64,000 nucleotides of DNA, taken from positions 1,792,001-1,856,000 of the forward strand of contig OZ244717.1 of the NCBI GenBank assembly GCA_965218975.1. Direction: 5' to 3'. Positions within the stretch are counted from its first letter, which is position 1, and each line of letters starts with the position of its first letter. Under the pieces are notes generated by a model. The model saw only the letters and a list, made by a program, of their open reading frames with translations. It was not told the origin of the DNA and did not search any database. Positions 9,952 to 19,501 of the stretch are shown here, piece after piece. A program made the translations under genes and the position numbers. The stretch comes from Candidatus Oxydemutatoraceae bacterium. Lineage in GTDB: Bacteria > Pseudomonadota > Gammaproteobacteria > Poriferisulfidales > Oxydemutatoraceae.

Positions 9952-11220
9952 GTGGCAAAAAAGCGGAACCTTTTTTACGCACAATCAGGCGGCGTCACCG
10001 CCGTTATCAATGCCACTGCCGCAGGGGTCATTGAGACAGCACGACAACACCGCGATAAAATCGGTAAAGTGATCGCCGGACTCAATGGGATTACCGGCGC
10101 GCTCAATGAGGACTTAGTCGATACCAACAAAGAAAGTTTGAGCGATATTGCCCGTCTGATTCATACTCCGGCCGGGGCGTACGGATCTTGCCGTTATCGC
10201 CTGCAGGATTTTGAAAAAAATCGCGCAGAGTATATCCGCCTGATAGAAGTTTTCAAAGCGCACGACATCGGCTACTTTTTATACAACGGCGGCGGCGACT
10301 CGCAAGATACCACATATAAAGTTTCCGCCATCGGTGAACAACTAGGCTTCCCGATTACTTGCATCGGTATTCCCAAAACCGTTGACAATGATCTCCCGAT
10401 GACCGATAACTGTCCGGGTTTCGGCTCGGTCGCGAAATATGTCGCCGTATCCACCCTAGAAGCCGGTTTTGACGTGTCGTCTATGTGCCACAGCTCGACT
10501 AAAGTTTTCATACTGGAAGTAATGGGCAGGCATGCCGGCTGGATCGTCGGCGCGAGCGGACTTGCCGCTGCAAAAAAAGAGCATCCGCCGCATATTATCC
10601 TGTTCCCTGAAATCCCTTTTGCAAAAGAACATTTTTTAGCACGCGTCAAAGAATGCGTTAAACGTTACGGTTATTGCGTAACGGTGGCATCCGAAGGAGT
10701 GCGCGATCAGTCCGGACGCTTTCTTGCCGAATCCGGCGCCGCCGATGCTTTCGGGCACAAGCAATTAGGCGGGGTCGCGCCGACAATTGCCGGCATTGTG
10801 CGGCAATCGCTGGGCTATAAATACCATTGGGCGGTCGCTGATTACTTGCAACGTTCCGCAAGGCACATCGCCGCTCAAACAGATATTGAGCAAGCTTACG
10901 CTTTAGGTTGCGCCGCCGCTGAATTTGCCGTGCAGAACAAACGCAATGTCATGGCGACTATTGTGCGTAAATCGAATAAACCTTACCGCTGGACAATCGG
11001 AACGACACCGTTGAAATCAGTTGCCAACAAAGAAAAGAAAATGCCGCGTTATTTCATCACCCAAGACGGATTTCATATCACTGCGCGGTGCCGAACTTAT
11101 CTCGAACCGCTGATTCAAGGTGAATCTCCACCGCCATATAAGAACGGTCTGCCCGACTACGTTCGTCTGCGTAATATCAAAATTAGAAAAAAACTTCCCG
11201 CATGGAAATTAGACAAATGA
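9952..11220 (+). CDS. pfp: 6-phosphofructokinase, probably PPi-dependent (Pfp)
   Basis: AQSGGVTAVINA, YNGGGDSQDT (Asp at the PPi-specificity position), PKTVDND, EVMGRHAGW. Confidence 0.88.
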   Translation: MAKKRNLFYAQSGGVTAVINATAAGVIETARQHRDKIGKVIAGLNGITGALNEDLVDTNKESLSDIARLIHTPAGAYGSCRYRLQDFEKNRAEYIRLIEVFKAHDIGYFLYNGGGDSQDTTYKVSAIGEQLGFPITCIGIPKTVDNDLPMTDNCPGFGSVAKYVAVSTLEAGFDVSSMCHSSTKVFILEVMGRHAGWIVGASGLAAAKKEHPPHIILFPEIPFAKEHFLARVKECVKRYGYCVTVASEGVRDQSGRFLAESGAADAFGHKQLGGVAPTIAGIVRQSLGYKYHWAVADYLQRSARHIAAQTDIEQAYALGCAAAEFAVQNKRNVMATIVRKSNKPYRWTIGTTPLKSVANKEKKMPRYFITQDGFHITARCRTYLEPLIQGESPPPYKNGLPDYVRLRNIKIRKKLPAWKLDK

Positions 11221-12029
11221 ATTTAAACAAACCCAAAATAGAGGAACACATTTTTGAACAGGAACCTTATTATCGCCCGATCGGCGAAGAAATCAGCGTT
11301 TTTGAAACCGCTTACGAAAATTGCCTGCCGGTTCTGCTGAAAGGACCGACCGGCTGCGGTAAAACGCGTTTTATGGAGCACATTGTATGGCGTTTGAAAA
11401 AACCGCTGATTGCCATCGCTTGCCATGACGATTTGACCGCCGCCGACTTGGTCGGACGCTACTTGTTAAAAGACGAAGAAACAGTATGGATGGACGGTCC
11501 TCTGACCCGCGCCGTACGCAACGGTTGCCTGTGTTACCTCGACGAAATCGTTGAAGCACGCAAAGACACGACTGTCGTTCTCCACCCGATTTGCGACGAA
11601 CGACGTACTTTGCCGATCGAAAAGTTGGGTGAAATAATCCTCGCCGCCGACGGATTCGGTATCGCCGTTTCATACAATCCGGGATACCAAAGCGTGCTAA
11701 AGGACTTAAAACAAAGCACTCGGCAAAGATTTGTATCTTTAGAGTTCAATTATCCGCCCGCTGAAATTGAATGTGAAATTGTCGGACGCGAAAGCGGCAT
11801 TGACAAAAAAACCGCAAAGCAACTGATTAAATTCGCCGCATTGACCCGCAATTTGAAAGGGAACGGATTGGACGAAGGCGCGAGCACCAGACTGCTGGTG
11901 CATACCGGAAAATTGATTTATTCGGGTATCGCGCCGACGACAGCGGTCAATCACTGCATCGCGGAAACGTTAACCGACGATCGCGAAATTTTGCGGACGA
12001 TACAAGAGCTCGGCACTTCGGTTTTTTAA
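11217..12029 (+). CDS. cbbQ: CbbQ/NirQ/NorQ family AAA+ ATPase
   Basis: EPYYRP, LKGPTGCGKTRF, YLDEIVEARKDTTV, SYNPGYQSVLKDLKQSTRQRF, LDEGASTRLL; ATGA overlap with the pfp stop. Confidence 0.88.
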   Translation: MNLNKPKIEEHIFEQEPYYRPIGEEISVFETAYENCLPVLLKGPTGCGKTRFMEHIVWRLKKPLIAIACHDDLTAADLVGRYLLKDEETVWMDGPLTRAVRNGCLCYLDEIVEARKDTTVVLHPICDERRTLPIEKLGEIILAADGFGIAVSYNPGYQSVLKDLKQSTRQRFVSLEFNYPPAEIECEIVGRESGIDKKTAKQLIKFAALTRNLKGNGLDEGASTRLLVHTGKLIYSGIAPTTAVNHCIAETLTDDREILRTIQELGTSVF

Positions 12030-12153
12030 CAACCGCCGCATCAAAGCGCAGAGGAACCGCTGCGACTCTAACGCTAGCGCTTCACCGAAATTCGCAAAAC
12101 TTCCCTCCCCATTCATGCGCTGCCCGCAAAGTCATGGCAAATCAAGCGGGCGT

Positions 12154-13500
12154 TCATGCCGACTCGTCGGACGAGACGCGGGCCGCCTTTGTTGCCTCTA
12201 GGGCATTAATGACGGCATCCATACCGTGCGTGCCTACGAGCGGGACATGCCTTTTATTCGGATCCGGCATCAATGTAATCGTTTCTCCCAAAGACCTCCC
12301 TTTAATCTTTTCAGCTAATTTTATATCCCCTGAAGCTGAAACAGGATCGTCTTTCACGCGTACTGCGATGAATTTTCCCTTTGACATCCTTATGTTATCC
12401 GCGCCTAGCGCTTCAAGAGAGGGAAGCTTTAATCCCGCGGGGTTATAGCCATATCCCTGCAAACGCTCTTGATTACCATCAATATTTGCAGCGATCGCAA
12501 ACTGTACCATTGCTCCTCCGAGCGAGTGTCCGGTTACTTCCAGACGACGCTCCGGATATTCCGGATGATCCAGTAACCGTTTTGCGAGACCGACAGCGCT
12601 ACCATACTCCGATGAATATGTACCGGAGAATTGCAGGGCATCTGCTTTCATACTACCTGTCCTGCCGGACTTTCCCTTAGGCTTGAAATCAGTGCCCGCA
12701 AAAGCTACCGTCAATGTACTACCGTCATCTTTCTTGACAAGCAACGCTCTGGTACCGTTGGGAAGATTAAGCAGACCGCTTTGATCATTATAAAAAAAAC
12801 GCAGTTCAGTGGGCATATCTCTATCGTCCGCCAAAACGTACCCGGCAGGCAACTCCCGCGTTTTCCCCGGCTTTACCGGGGCCGTAAGCCCGTTATAAGA
12901 CAACCTGCTTAATTTCGCATTGGTTAAAAAGGTATCCAATGATTCAAGCGTCAGTTGCTTACTTGATATATCCGGCCGTTTTATTTCCTTCATGGCGCCC
13001 AGCGCTTCTCTTGCAGAGGCATCGTGTCTTCGGAACGGCATTGCTCGCGCTTTAAGGCTTCTGTATTCCGGTAGCTGTCGGTTTCCCGCTTCCTTAATCT
13101 GTTTGAAATATTTTTTGCCCAACCTCGCAAGCTTATCATCACCCGGCGCGGCACAAGTAGCAGAGTCGGACAAACCGCTAACCTCGCTATAAATCTGTAT
13201 TTGCTTTTGTCTCATGTATTCCTTTGAAGATCTCAAGTAATCTCTTTTAGACTGAGGCGCTGTTGCCAAAGCGACTTCACGTTGATCAAGGCGTGTGCTC
13301 TTGCCAGAGAAATCCGCTGACCTGACCGGGCTAGATAATGACGCGATCGCTACACCGCCGATATCACTGCTCGAACTTGACACCATACTTACACCACGCC
13401 CGTTCAAAGTACCTTTACCCTTGACTATCGCTTCCTTTTCAGGCGTGCTCGGCGCAAGCTCGGGAGACATTCTTCGGCCCGGCCCGTCAATAGTGCCCAT
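12154..13500 (-). CDS. Lipase class 3 / phospholipase A1-like protein, candidate T3SS effector
   Basis: VAFAGTD, GHSLGG nucleophile elbow, YNPAG, DDPVS and THGMD triad candidates; Ser/Pro-rich N-terminus; RBS GGAGG before ATG 13500. Confidence 0.75.
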   Translation of the reverse strand: MGTIDGPGRRMSPELAPSTPEKEAIVKGKGTLNGRGVSMVSSSSSDIGGVAIASLSSPVRSADFSGKSTRLDQREVALATAPQSKRDYLRSSKEYMRQKQIQIYSEVSGLSDSATCAAPGDDKLARLGKKYFKQIKEAGNRQLPEYRSLKARAMPFRRHDASAREALGAMKEIKRPDISSKQLTLESLDTFLTNAKLSRLSYNGLTAPVKPGKTRELPAGYVLADDRDMPTELRFFYNDQSGLLNLPNGTRALLVKKDDGSTLTVAFAGTDFKPKGKSGRTGSMKADALQFSGTYSSEYGSAVGLAKRLLDHPEYPERRLEVTGHSLGGAMVQFAIAANIDGNQERLQGYGYNPAGLKLPSLEALGADNIRMSKGKFIAVRVKDDPVSASGDIKLAEKIKGRSLGETITLMPDPNKRHVPLVGTHGMDAVINALEATKAARVSSDESA

Positions 13501-13822
13501 TATAACCTCCCTACCCGAACGCCATGATCCAAGCAATAATATGCTATGGCACGACGCGATACATTCAACGATTCAGACCCTTACAAAAGATTTTTTGCGA
13601 TAAACAATTTCAAATGGGTTGTTTCCATAATCTCTCCTTTGATAAAACCTCCTAAAGTTTGACGCTCGCGATAAAAGTTTTATGCAAGCGGTAGAAATAT
13701 AAGATTGCACAATCCCGTTTGCTGTATATAAACAATATAGCATATTCCTTCATCAATAACGAATTTTCGCTTCCGAAGCAACGATTCGCGAGCCCTTAAA
13801 TCAAAATGCAGGATTGGGTCTT

Positions 13823-14118
13823 TTAACGCAATCTTTGAGATGACAACCGCCGCGCCGGTTTTGCATTCCGGCGTTTCAAGATCATCACCGCCAAAAAGAT
13901 ACCAGCAAACAGCAGCAACCACCACAAGCCGACCGCACCGCCGCCACCGTCAGTTTGAGACGCTCATCCGCAGGCGAAAGACGGATACCAACCGTAAAAG
14001 ACTCGCGCGCTTCTATCAGAAAATCATCAATAATTCCAACACTCGCCGCGACAACCGCTTCATACCTGCCGTCGGAACCCAGCGCGTAATCTGTCGGCAA
14101 GACCGAAATTTCCTCAAT
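13823..14118 (-). pseudogene. Collapsed remnant of a paralogous giant adhesin
   Basis: 13943-14118 matches adhesin 39176-39351 (DGRYEA..AASV.IIDDFLIEARESFTV); 13823-13948 encodes GGGGAVGLWWLLLFAGIFLAVMILKRRNAKPARRLSSQRLR*, matching the adhesin C-terminus. Confidence 0.85.
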
Positions 14119-14259
14119 TTGGCAAAACTCGAATCTAAAATAATGAACAAAATGGCAGAATTAAGAGACCAATTAACTGCCCGGATACTGATTGCTATCG
14201 GTATCAACATTGGTGCGGTCGGTTTGATGTTTACTGCCACCGGTTTTTTCTCCGGATAA
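14119..14259 (+). pseudogene. 5'-truncated coiled-coil/TM gene copy
   Basis: LAKLESKIMNKMAELRDQLTARILIAIGINIGAVGLMFTATGFFSG*, fused directly to the adhesin remnant. Confidence 0.8.
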
Positions 14260-14313
14260 TCATGCCCTACGGACATCGAGTATGCGGTCGGAGGAATCGG
14301 CTATGATGAAAAC

Positions 14314-14538
14314 ATGAGCACAATTGATCTATACGAAGTCCTAAAGAGGATTCCAAATGTTAGTAGCGACGAGGCTAAATCCGTTGCCGACACGCTTGCG
14401 CATACGGATGATGTCGCAACCAAAACCGATTTGACCGAATTAGAAATGCACTTGACTTGGCGGATGATTATTATTGCAGGCGTCATTATCGCCGCAGTGG
14501 GACTCATGTTTACCGCCGCCGGTTTTTTCCCCGGATAA
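14314..14538 (+). CDS. DUF1640/CCDC90-like small coiled-coil TM protein (head type A)
   Basis: MSTIDLYEVLKRIP head, VATKTDL neck motif, C-terminal TM. Confidence 0.8.
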   Translation: MSTIDLYEVLKRIPNVSSDEAKSVADTLAHTDDVATKTDLTELEMHLTWRMIIIAGVIIAAVGLMFTAAGFFPG

Positions 14539-14592
14539 TCATGCCCTACGGACATCGAGTATGCGGTCGGAGGAATCGGCTATAATGAAAAC

Positions 14593-14875
14593 ATGAGCAC
14601 AATTGATCTATACGAAGTCCTAAAGAGGATTCCAAATGTTAGCAGCGACGAGGCTAAATCCGTTGCCGACATGCTTGCGCATACGGAATGATGTCGCAAC
14701 TAAAAGCGGTCTGAGCGAGTTTGCAACCAAAGCCGATTTGGCAAAACTTGAATCTAAAATAGCAAAACTTGAATCTAAAATAGTTGAATTGGAAATGCGC
14801 TTGACTTGGCGGATGATTATTACCGTCGGCATCTTTAATTCCATGTTGTTTTTAGCCCTGAAATTTACTGGCTAA
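14593..14875 (+). pseudogene. DUF1640-like copy with +1 frameshift
   Basis: ACGGAATGATG versus ACGGATGATG in sister copies gives a premature TGA. Confidence 0.75.
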
Positions 14876-15067
14876 CGTTTAGCGCGAGGTAAGTCGTCCG
14901 GTTCCTAAAAATCCGCCGGATACTCAAAGGCAACGGCTTTTCAAAAATATTACCCATTGTTTGCGTATGCCGCTTGAACGCGAGAGTCCCCGAGTCATCT
15001 TCGCTTATTTTAGAAGTGTTGTTCCTTTAGGATGCCCGGCGCCTGCGGAACCGGCTATAATAAAAAC

Positions 15068-15322
15068 ATGAGTACCACCGCACTTTACAAAGCATTGATT
15101 CAGGCTGGCGTCTCTGAAGATACCGCCGAAAGAGCCGTCGAGGACTTGGCGCATACGGATGATGTCGCGACCAAAGCGGATTTGGCAAAACTTGAATCTA
15201 AAATAATGGATAAAATGGCAGAATTAAGAGACCAATTAACTACCCGGATATTGATTGCTATCGGTATCAACATTGGTGCGGTCGGTTTGATGTTTGCTGC
15301 TGCCGGTTTTTTCTCCGGATAA
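15068..15322 (+). CDS. DUF1640/CCDC90-like small coiled-coil TM protein (head type B)
   Basis: MSTTALYKALIQAG head, VATKADL, TM anchor. Confidence 0.8.
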   Translation: MSTTALYKALIQAGVSEDTAERAVEDLAHTDDVATKADLAKLESKIMDKMAELRDQLTTRILIAIGINIGAVGLMFAAAGFFSG

Positions 15323-15366
15323 TCATGCTGCGAGTGCGCAATCGGAGAAATCGGCTATAAGAAGAC

Positions 15367-15600
15367 ATGAGCACAATTGATCTATACGAAGTCCTAAAGA
15401 GGATTCCAAGTGTTAGCAGCGACGAGGCTAAATCCGTTGCCGACACGCTTGTGCATACGGATGATGTCGCGACCAAAGCCGGTTTGACAAAAATTGAATC
15501 TAAAATGGTTGAATTGGAAATGCGCTTGACTTGGCGGATGATTATTACCGTCGGCATCTTTAATTCCATGTTGTTTTTAGCCTTGAAATTTACCGGCTAA
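15367..15600 (+). CDS. DUF1640/CCDC90-like small coiled-coil TM protein (head type A)
   Basis: Paralog of 14314 with the LTWRMIITVGIFNSMLFLALKFTG anchor. Confidence 0.8.
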   Translation: MSTIDLYEVLKRIPSVSSDEAKSVADTLVHTDDVATKAGLTKIESKMVELEMRLTWRMIITVGIFNSMLFLALKFTG

Positions 15601-15793
15601 CGTTTAGCGGCGAGGCACGTTGTCCGGTTCCTAAAAATCCGCCGGATACTCAGAGGCAACGGCTTTTCAAAAATATTACCCATTGTTTGCGTATGCCGCT
15701 TGAACGCAAGAGTCCCCGAGTCATCTTCGCTTATTTTAGAAGTATTGTTCCTTTAGGATGCCCGGCGCCTGCGGAATCGGCTATAATGAAAAC

Positions 15794-16015
15794 ATGAGTA
15801 CCACCGCACTTTACAAAGCATTGATTCAGGCTGGCGCCTCTGAAGATACCGCCGAAAGAGCCGTCGAGGACTTGGCGCATACGGATGATGTCGCGACCAA
15901 AGCGGATTTGGCAAAACTTGAGATACGACTCATTAAATGGATTGTCGCAGCGACCGCACTGATTATTTCTGCAATGGGACTTATGTTTACCGCTGCCGGT
16001 TTTTTCTCCGGGTGA
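15794..16015 (+). CDS. DUF1640/CCDC90-like small coiled-coil TM protein (head type B)
   Basis: ATKADLAKLEIRLIKWIVAAT... Confidence 0.8.
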   Translation: MSTTALYKALIQAGASEDTAERAVEDLAHTDDVATKADLAKLEIRLIKWIVAATALIISAMGLMFTAAGFFSG

Positions 16016-16182
16016 TCGTGCCTTGCGACCACGAGTGCAAATGCTCGGTGTCCGCACAATAACCAACAATCGCTTCTTATATCGCTTGAATGTAAGAGTC
16101 CTTGAGCCATCTTCGCTTATTTTAGAAGTATTGTTCCTTTAGGATGCCCGGTACCTGCGGCGGAATCGGCTATAATGAAAAC

Positions 16183-16425
16183 ATGAGTACCACCGCACTT
16201 TACAAAGCATTAATTCAGGCTGGCGCCTCTGAAGATACCGCCGAAAGAGCCGCCGAGGACTTGGCGCATACGGATGATGTCGCGACCAAAGCGGATTTGA
16301 CAAAACTTGAGTCTAAAATGGCCGAATTAGAGATACGACTCATTAAATGGATTGTCGCAGCGACCGCACTGATTATTTCTGCAATGGGACTTATGTTTAC
16401 CGCTGCCGGTTTTTTCTCCGGGTGA
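16183..16425 (+). CDS. DUF1640/CCDC90-like small coiled-coil TM protein (head type B)
   Basis: Near-identical to the 15794 copy with one extra heptad. Confidence 0.8.
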   Translation: MSTTALYKALIQAGASEDTAERAAEDLAHTDDVATKADLTKLESKMAELEIRLIKWIVAATALIISAMGLMFTAAGFFSG

Positions 16426-16592
16426 TCGTGCCTTGCGACCACGAGTGCAAATGCGCGGTGTCCGCACAATAACCAACAATCGCTTCTTATATCACTTGAA
16501 TGTAAGAGTCCTTGAGCCATCTTCGCTTATTTTAGAAGTATTGTTCCTTTAGGATGCCCGGTACCTGCGGCGGAATCGGCTATAATGAAAAC

Positions 16593-16857
16593 ATGAGTAC
16601 CACCGCACTTTACAAAGCATTAATTCAGGCTGGCGCCACGGAAGCGCTCGCCGAAAGAGCCGTCAAGGGACTTGGTTGACACGGACAAGTTCGTTACCAA
16701 AGACGATCTGAAAGAATTTGCAACCAAAGCGGATTTAAAAGCCGGATTAGCCGAATTAAAAGCCGAGATGCTTCAATGGAACATGATTATTGCCAGTGTT
16801 ATTATCGCCGCAATGGGGCTCATGTTTACCGCTTCCGGTTTTTTCTTCAGGCTATAA
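16593..16857 (+). pseudogene. DUF1640-like copy with +1 frameshift
   Basis: GTCAAGGGACTTG has one more base than GTCGAGGACTTG in sister copies; downstream frame FVTKDDLKEFATKADL... Confidence 0.75.
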
Positions 16858-16954
16858 ACGCATCGCTTCAATTTTCAACTGAAAGAAGTAAACCGGGTAA
16901 AGCTTGCTGCAGAAGTATTTTATGGGAATTATATAGCAAAATCCGTGGAGCCGA

Positions 16955-17137
16955 TTATTTTCTGACCAGTTTCCACTTCTGGTTCAGTTCTTCTCTTGTG
17001 GATTCGCGGTTCTCACTTTTGGCCTCGGATACTGGGGCTGTAAAAATCTGGCGCATGGCAGTATCCAGTTCATCCTCGGACACAGGCCCGCGTTCGGTCT
17101 TGTCAAACTATTTCTTATTGAAGCCTTGTTTTTTCAT
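16955..17137 (-). pseudogene. Small IS passenger ORF with an internal stop
   Basis: MKKQGFNKK*FDKTERGPVSEDELDTAMRQIF...KWKLVRK*; ATGA overlap with the REase stop. Confidence 0.5.
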
Positions 17138-17746
17138 GGCATTACTCCTATGAGTACAAGAGGCACAGCAGGTACTCCACGGCCTTGCCTGATGACATTC
17201 AGTAAGTCGCGTTCATAATAAGGTACACCGCTGGACATTTCCTTTTCCATTTCTTTCATAGGCAAAACTTCTATACCTACGTCAATAATGTCTGAAACAT
17301 AGAAACTCAGGAGTTTGACAAATAGATCGTGGGCGACAAAAGCATATTTTCCAAACTGGATTTCTACGGCAATCCTGTCTTTTACAAAATCAGTCTGATT
17401 ATATGATCTAAGAGGTTCTTTGCCAGAGTCAGTGATTTTCTCTTTTTGCTGTTCAGTGGGCAACCCATAAATACCACGAAGCAATTTCTCGTCATCCATA
17501 ACCCAAAAATGTATTGTTCCTTTGCTTCCAGCCTCTTGCCTCAAAACCACGCTTGAAGGCTTTGTTCATATCAGTTGGTGAGTATAAAAGTTCTCCTTTT
17601 CTACGTTTCTCCTTAGATACTTTGGTCTTGCAAATTTCTGCATCAACCGCACAAATAACATTTTTCACTTCCTGCCACCTTTCAGGATGATGAACAAGCA
17701 AATATTCCTTTCCGTTCAGATGAGAGTAAGTAGAAACTACCCGCAC
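17134..17746 (-). pseudogene. BglII/BstYI-family type II restriction endonuclease, frameshifted
   Basis: YSHLNGKEYL N-terminus and QTDFVKDRIAVEIQFGKY catalytic motif split over two frames; removing one base from the A5 run at 17505-17509 joins them. Confidence 0.85.
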
Positions 17747-18573
17747 TAATGACCACCTTTTGGCAACGCTGGGTTATAGACAGGCTTCCCCATAGGGCGT
17801 ACTTGAAGTTCACCCTTGCTTAATGCCTGAACTCTCTGGCGGGCAATTTCTAAATATTCTTCTACAACATCACAACCATACCCGACCCTACCATGCATCT
17901 GTGCTGCAACCACAGAAGAACCAACCCCCACGTACGGATCAAGAACTGAATCCCCATAGTTCGTCATAGACAAAACCAGCCTTTCCACCAGTTCAACCGG
18001 AAACTGACACGGATGAATGGTCTTTTCAGGGTGGTTGTTTTTTACATTCGGGAATATCCATACATCACTGGGTTTTTTGCCTTTTGGATTGCATGATAAT
18101 TGTCCTTTTTTTGGGCCTTTGAAATATCGTTTTTTAGGATACTTTGGAGGCACCCTAATTTCATCCAGATGCCATGTGTAATCATCACCTTTAGTCCACC
18201 AGTTAATAGTTTCATACCGACCAGAAAGTCTTTTGGAGCAATGAAGCCCATGCCAGAAATGCCAGATAATCCTGTTGCGAAGTTTTAGATTGTTCGCCCT
18301 GAAAATTGGATACAGCAACGTATCAAGCGGAATAATTCCCCCATTCTCTACATAGTTGCCTACCTGCCGGCAAATAGAGCCTTGCTGATCAAGTAGACGC
18401 ACACACTCGCCAATTACCCGCTCCTGCAGGGCTAAATAGGTGTCAAGCGGTTCCTTGCCTTCGTATTCTTTTCCAAGATTGTAGGGTGGTGACGTAACAA
18501 TAAGTTTGAAACTCTCATCAGGCAAATCCTGCATAAAAGCAATATTGTCCTTGCATGCAAGAACGGGGTTCAA
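17746..18573 (-). CDS. Beta-class N4-cytosine/N6-adenine DNA methyltransferase
   Basis: IVTSPPYN catalytic motif before HPCQFP and VLDPYVGVGS SAM-binding motif. Confidence 0.9.
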   Translation of the reverse strand: MNPVLACKDNIAFMQDLPDESFKLIVTSPPYNLGKEYEGKEPLDTYLALQERVIGECVRLLDQQGSICRQVGNYVENGGIIPLDTLLYPIFRANNLKLRNRIIWHFWHGLHCSKRLSGRYETINWWTKGDDYTWHLDEIRVPPKYPKKRYFKGPKKGQLSCNPKGKKPSDVWIFPNVKNNHPEKTIHPCQFPVELVERLVLSMTNYGDSVLDPYVGVGSSVVAAQMHGRVGYGCDVVEEYLEIARQRVQALSKGELQVRPMGKPVYNPALPKGGH

Positions 18574-19501
18574 GATACCAACTCCCTGTACGGAATCCGC
18601 TTACCGCCAATCCCCTTGGCAAATGCATCCATGCGATCCATAGTGTCAATATCACAGTTTCCCTGATTCAACCTGAATGTGAACCCATCTACGTATCGCT
18701 GTAGATGCTTCATGCTGAAATGATGATAGGTGCCGGTGTACCCACGCTTGATTAATGCCCAAACGGATTCAATCCCGTTCGTATGGATCATTCCATTGAC
18801 ATACTCTTTGGCAGAATGCTTGACGGTATCATGGTTGTAGAAAACCCCGTCAAGGCCAAGATAGCCTCGGTGATCGTCAGTAAAGACAGTAGACTCTGGC
18901 TTGATGTATCCATGCACAAAGCCTTTCAGGGTTTCAGCATCAGTATTACTAATTGCCTGTGCTTTCACGCTGCCGCCTCTCTCACGTGCGCCAATCACTG
19001 CCTGCTTGCCAACAGGCCCTCCGCCCTGATTTCAATTTTTTGTTCTTGTGTTTGTTTCTTTCCTTCCCGCCGATGTAGGTTTCATCAACTTCGACGATGC
19101 GATCCAGCTTGAAATCGCCGTTGGAGCATGCTTCCCTGATGCGGTGAAGCATAGACCACGCCGTGCGATATTGCACCCCCGAGTTCCTTGCTCAACTGCA
19201 TGGCACTCACCCCTTTGCGGGCCGTCATGACGGAATAGATAGCCACCACCCAGTTCTGCAATGGGGTTTTTGTAGCATGCATGATGCTCTTGGTGGTGAC
19301 GGTAAACTGCTTCTTGCAGTCCTTGTGCCAGTAGGTATTAGGCTTGCTCAGTGGCTTGCTGATATTCTCAACACCGCCACAGTGCGGACAAACCGGCTCG
19401 CCATTCCAGCAAACCTGCTCCAACCAGTCAATGCAAGCCTGATCGTTCGGGAATTTTCGTAGCAATTCAACTATACTGATGGTGTTTGCTTTCATGTTCA
19501 T
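18570..19501 (-). pseudogene. IS1595 transposase with two +1 frameshifts
   Basis: Zn ribbon CPHCG...HKDC, VEVDETYIGG, VFTDD, HTNGIESVWALIKRG, KHLQRYVD; split over three frames. Confidence 0.9.

Larger units (their letters stand above)
14119..16857 (+). repeat. Tandem array 1 of small DUF1640/CCDC90-like coiled-coil membrane-anchored genes (8 copies incl. truncated/frameshifted)
   Basis: Starts at 14314, 14593, 15068, 15367, 15794, 16183, 16593 plus a 5'-truncated copy; repeated spacer types. Confidence 0.92.

Noticed and set aside
13840-14259. 139-aa plus-strand ORF as a genuine fusion protein
   Set aside because: Its first two-thirds are the antisense of the adhesin relic, accidentally in frame with a headless array gene
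15032-16183. Upstream starts (MPGACG...) for head-B genes and Cys-containing leaders as MNIO substrates
   Set aside because: The extensions are not shared with other copies and run through the conserved -10 box; mature proteins essentially lack Cys
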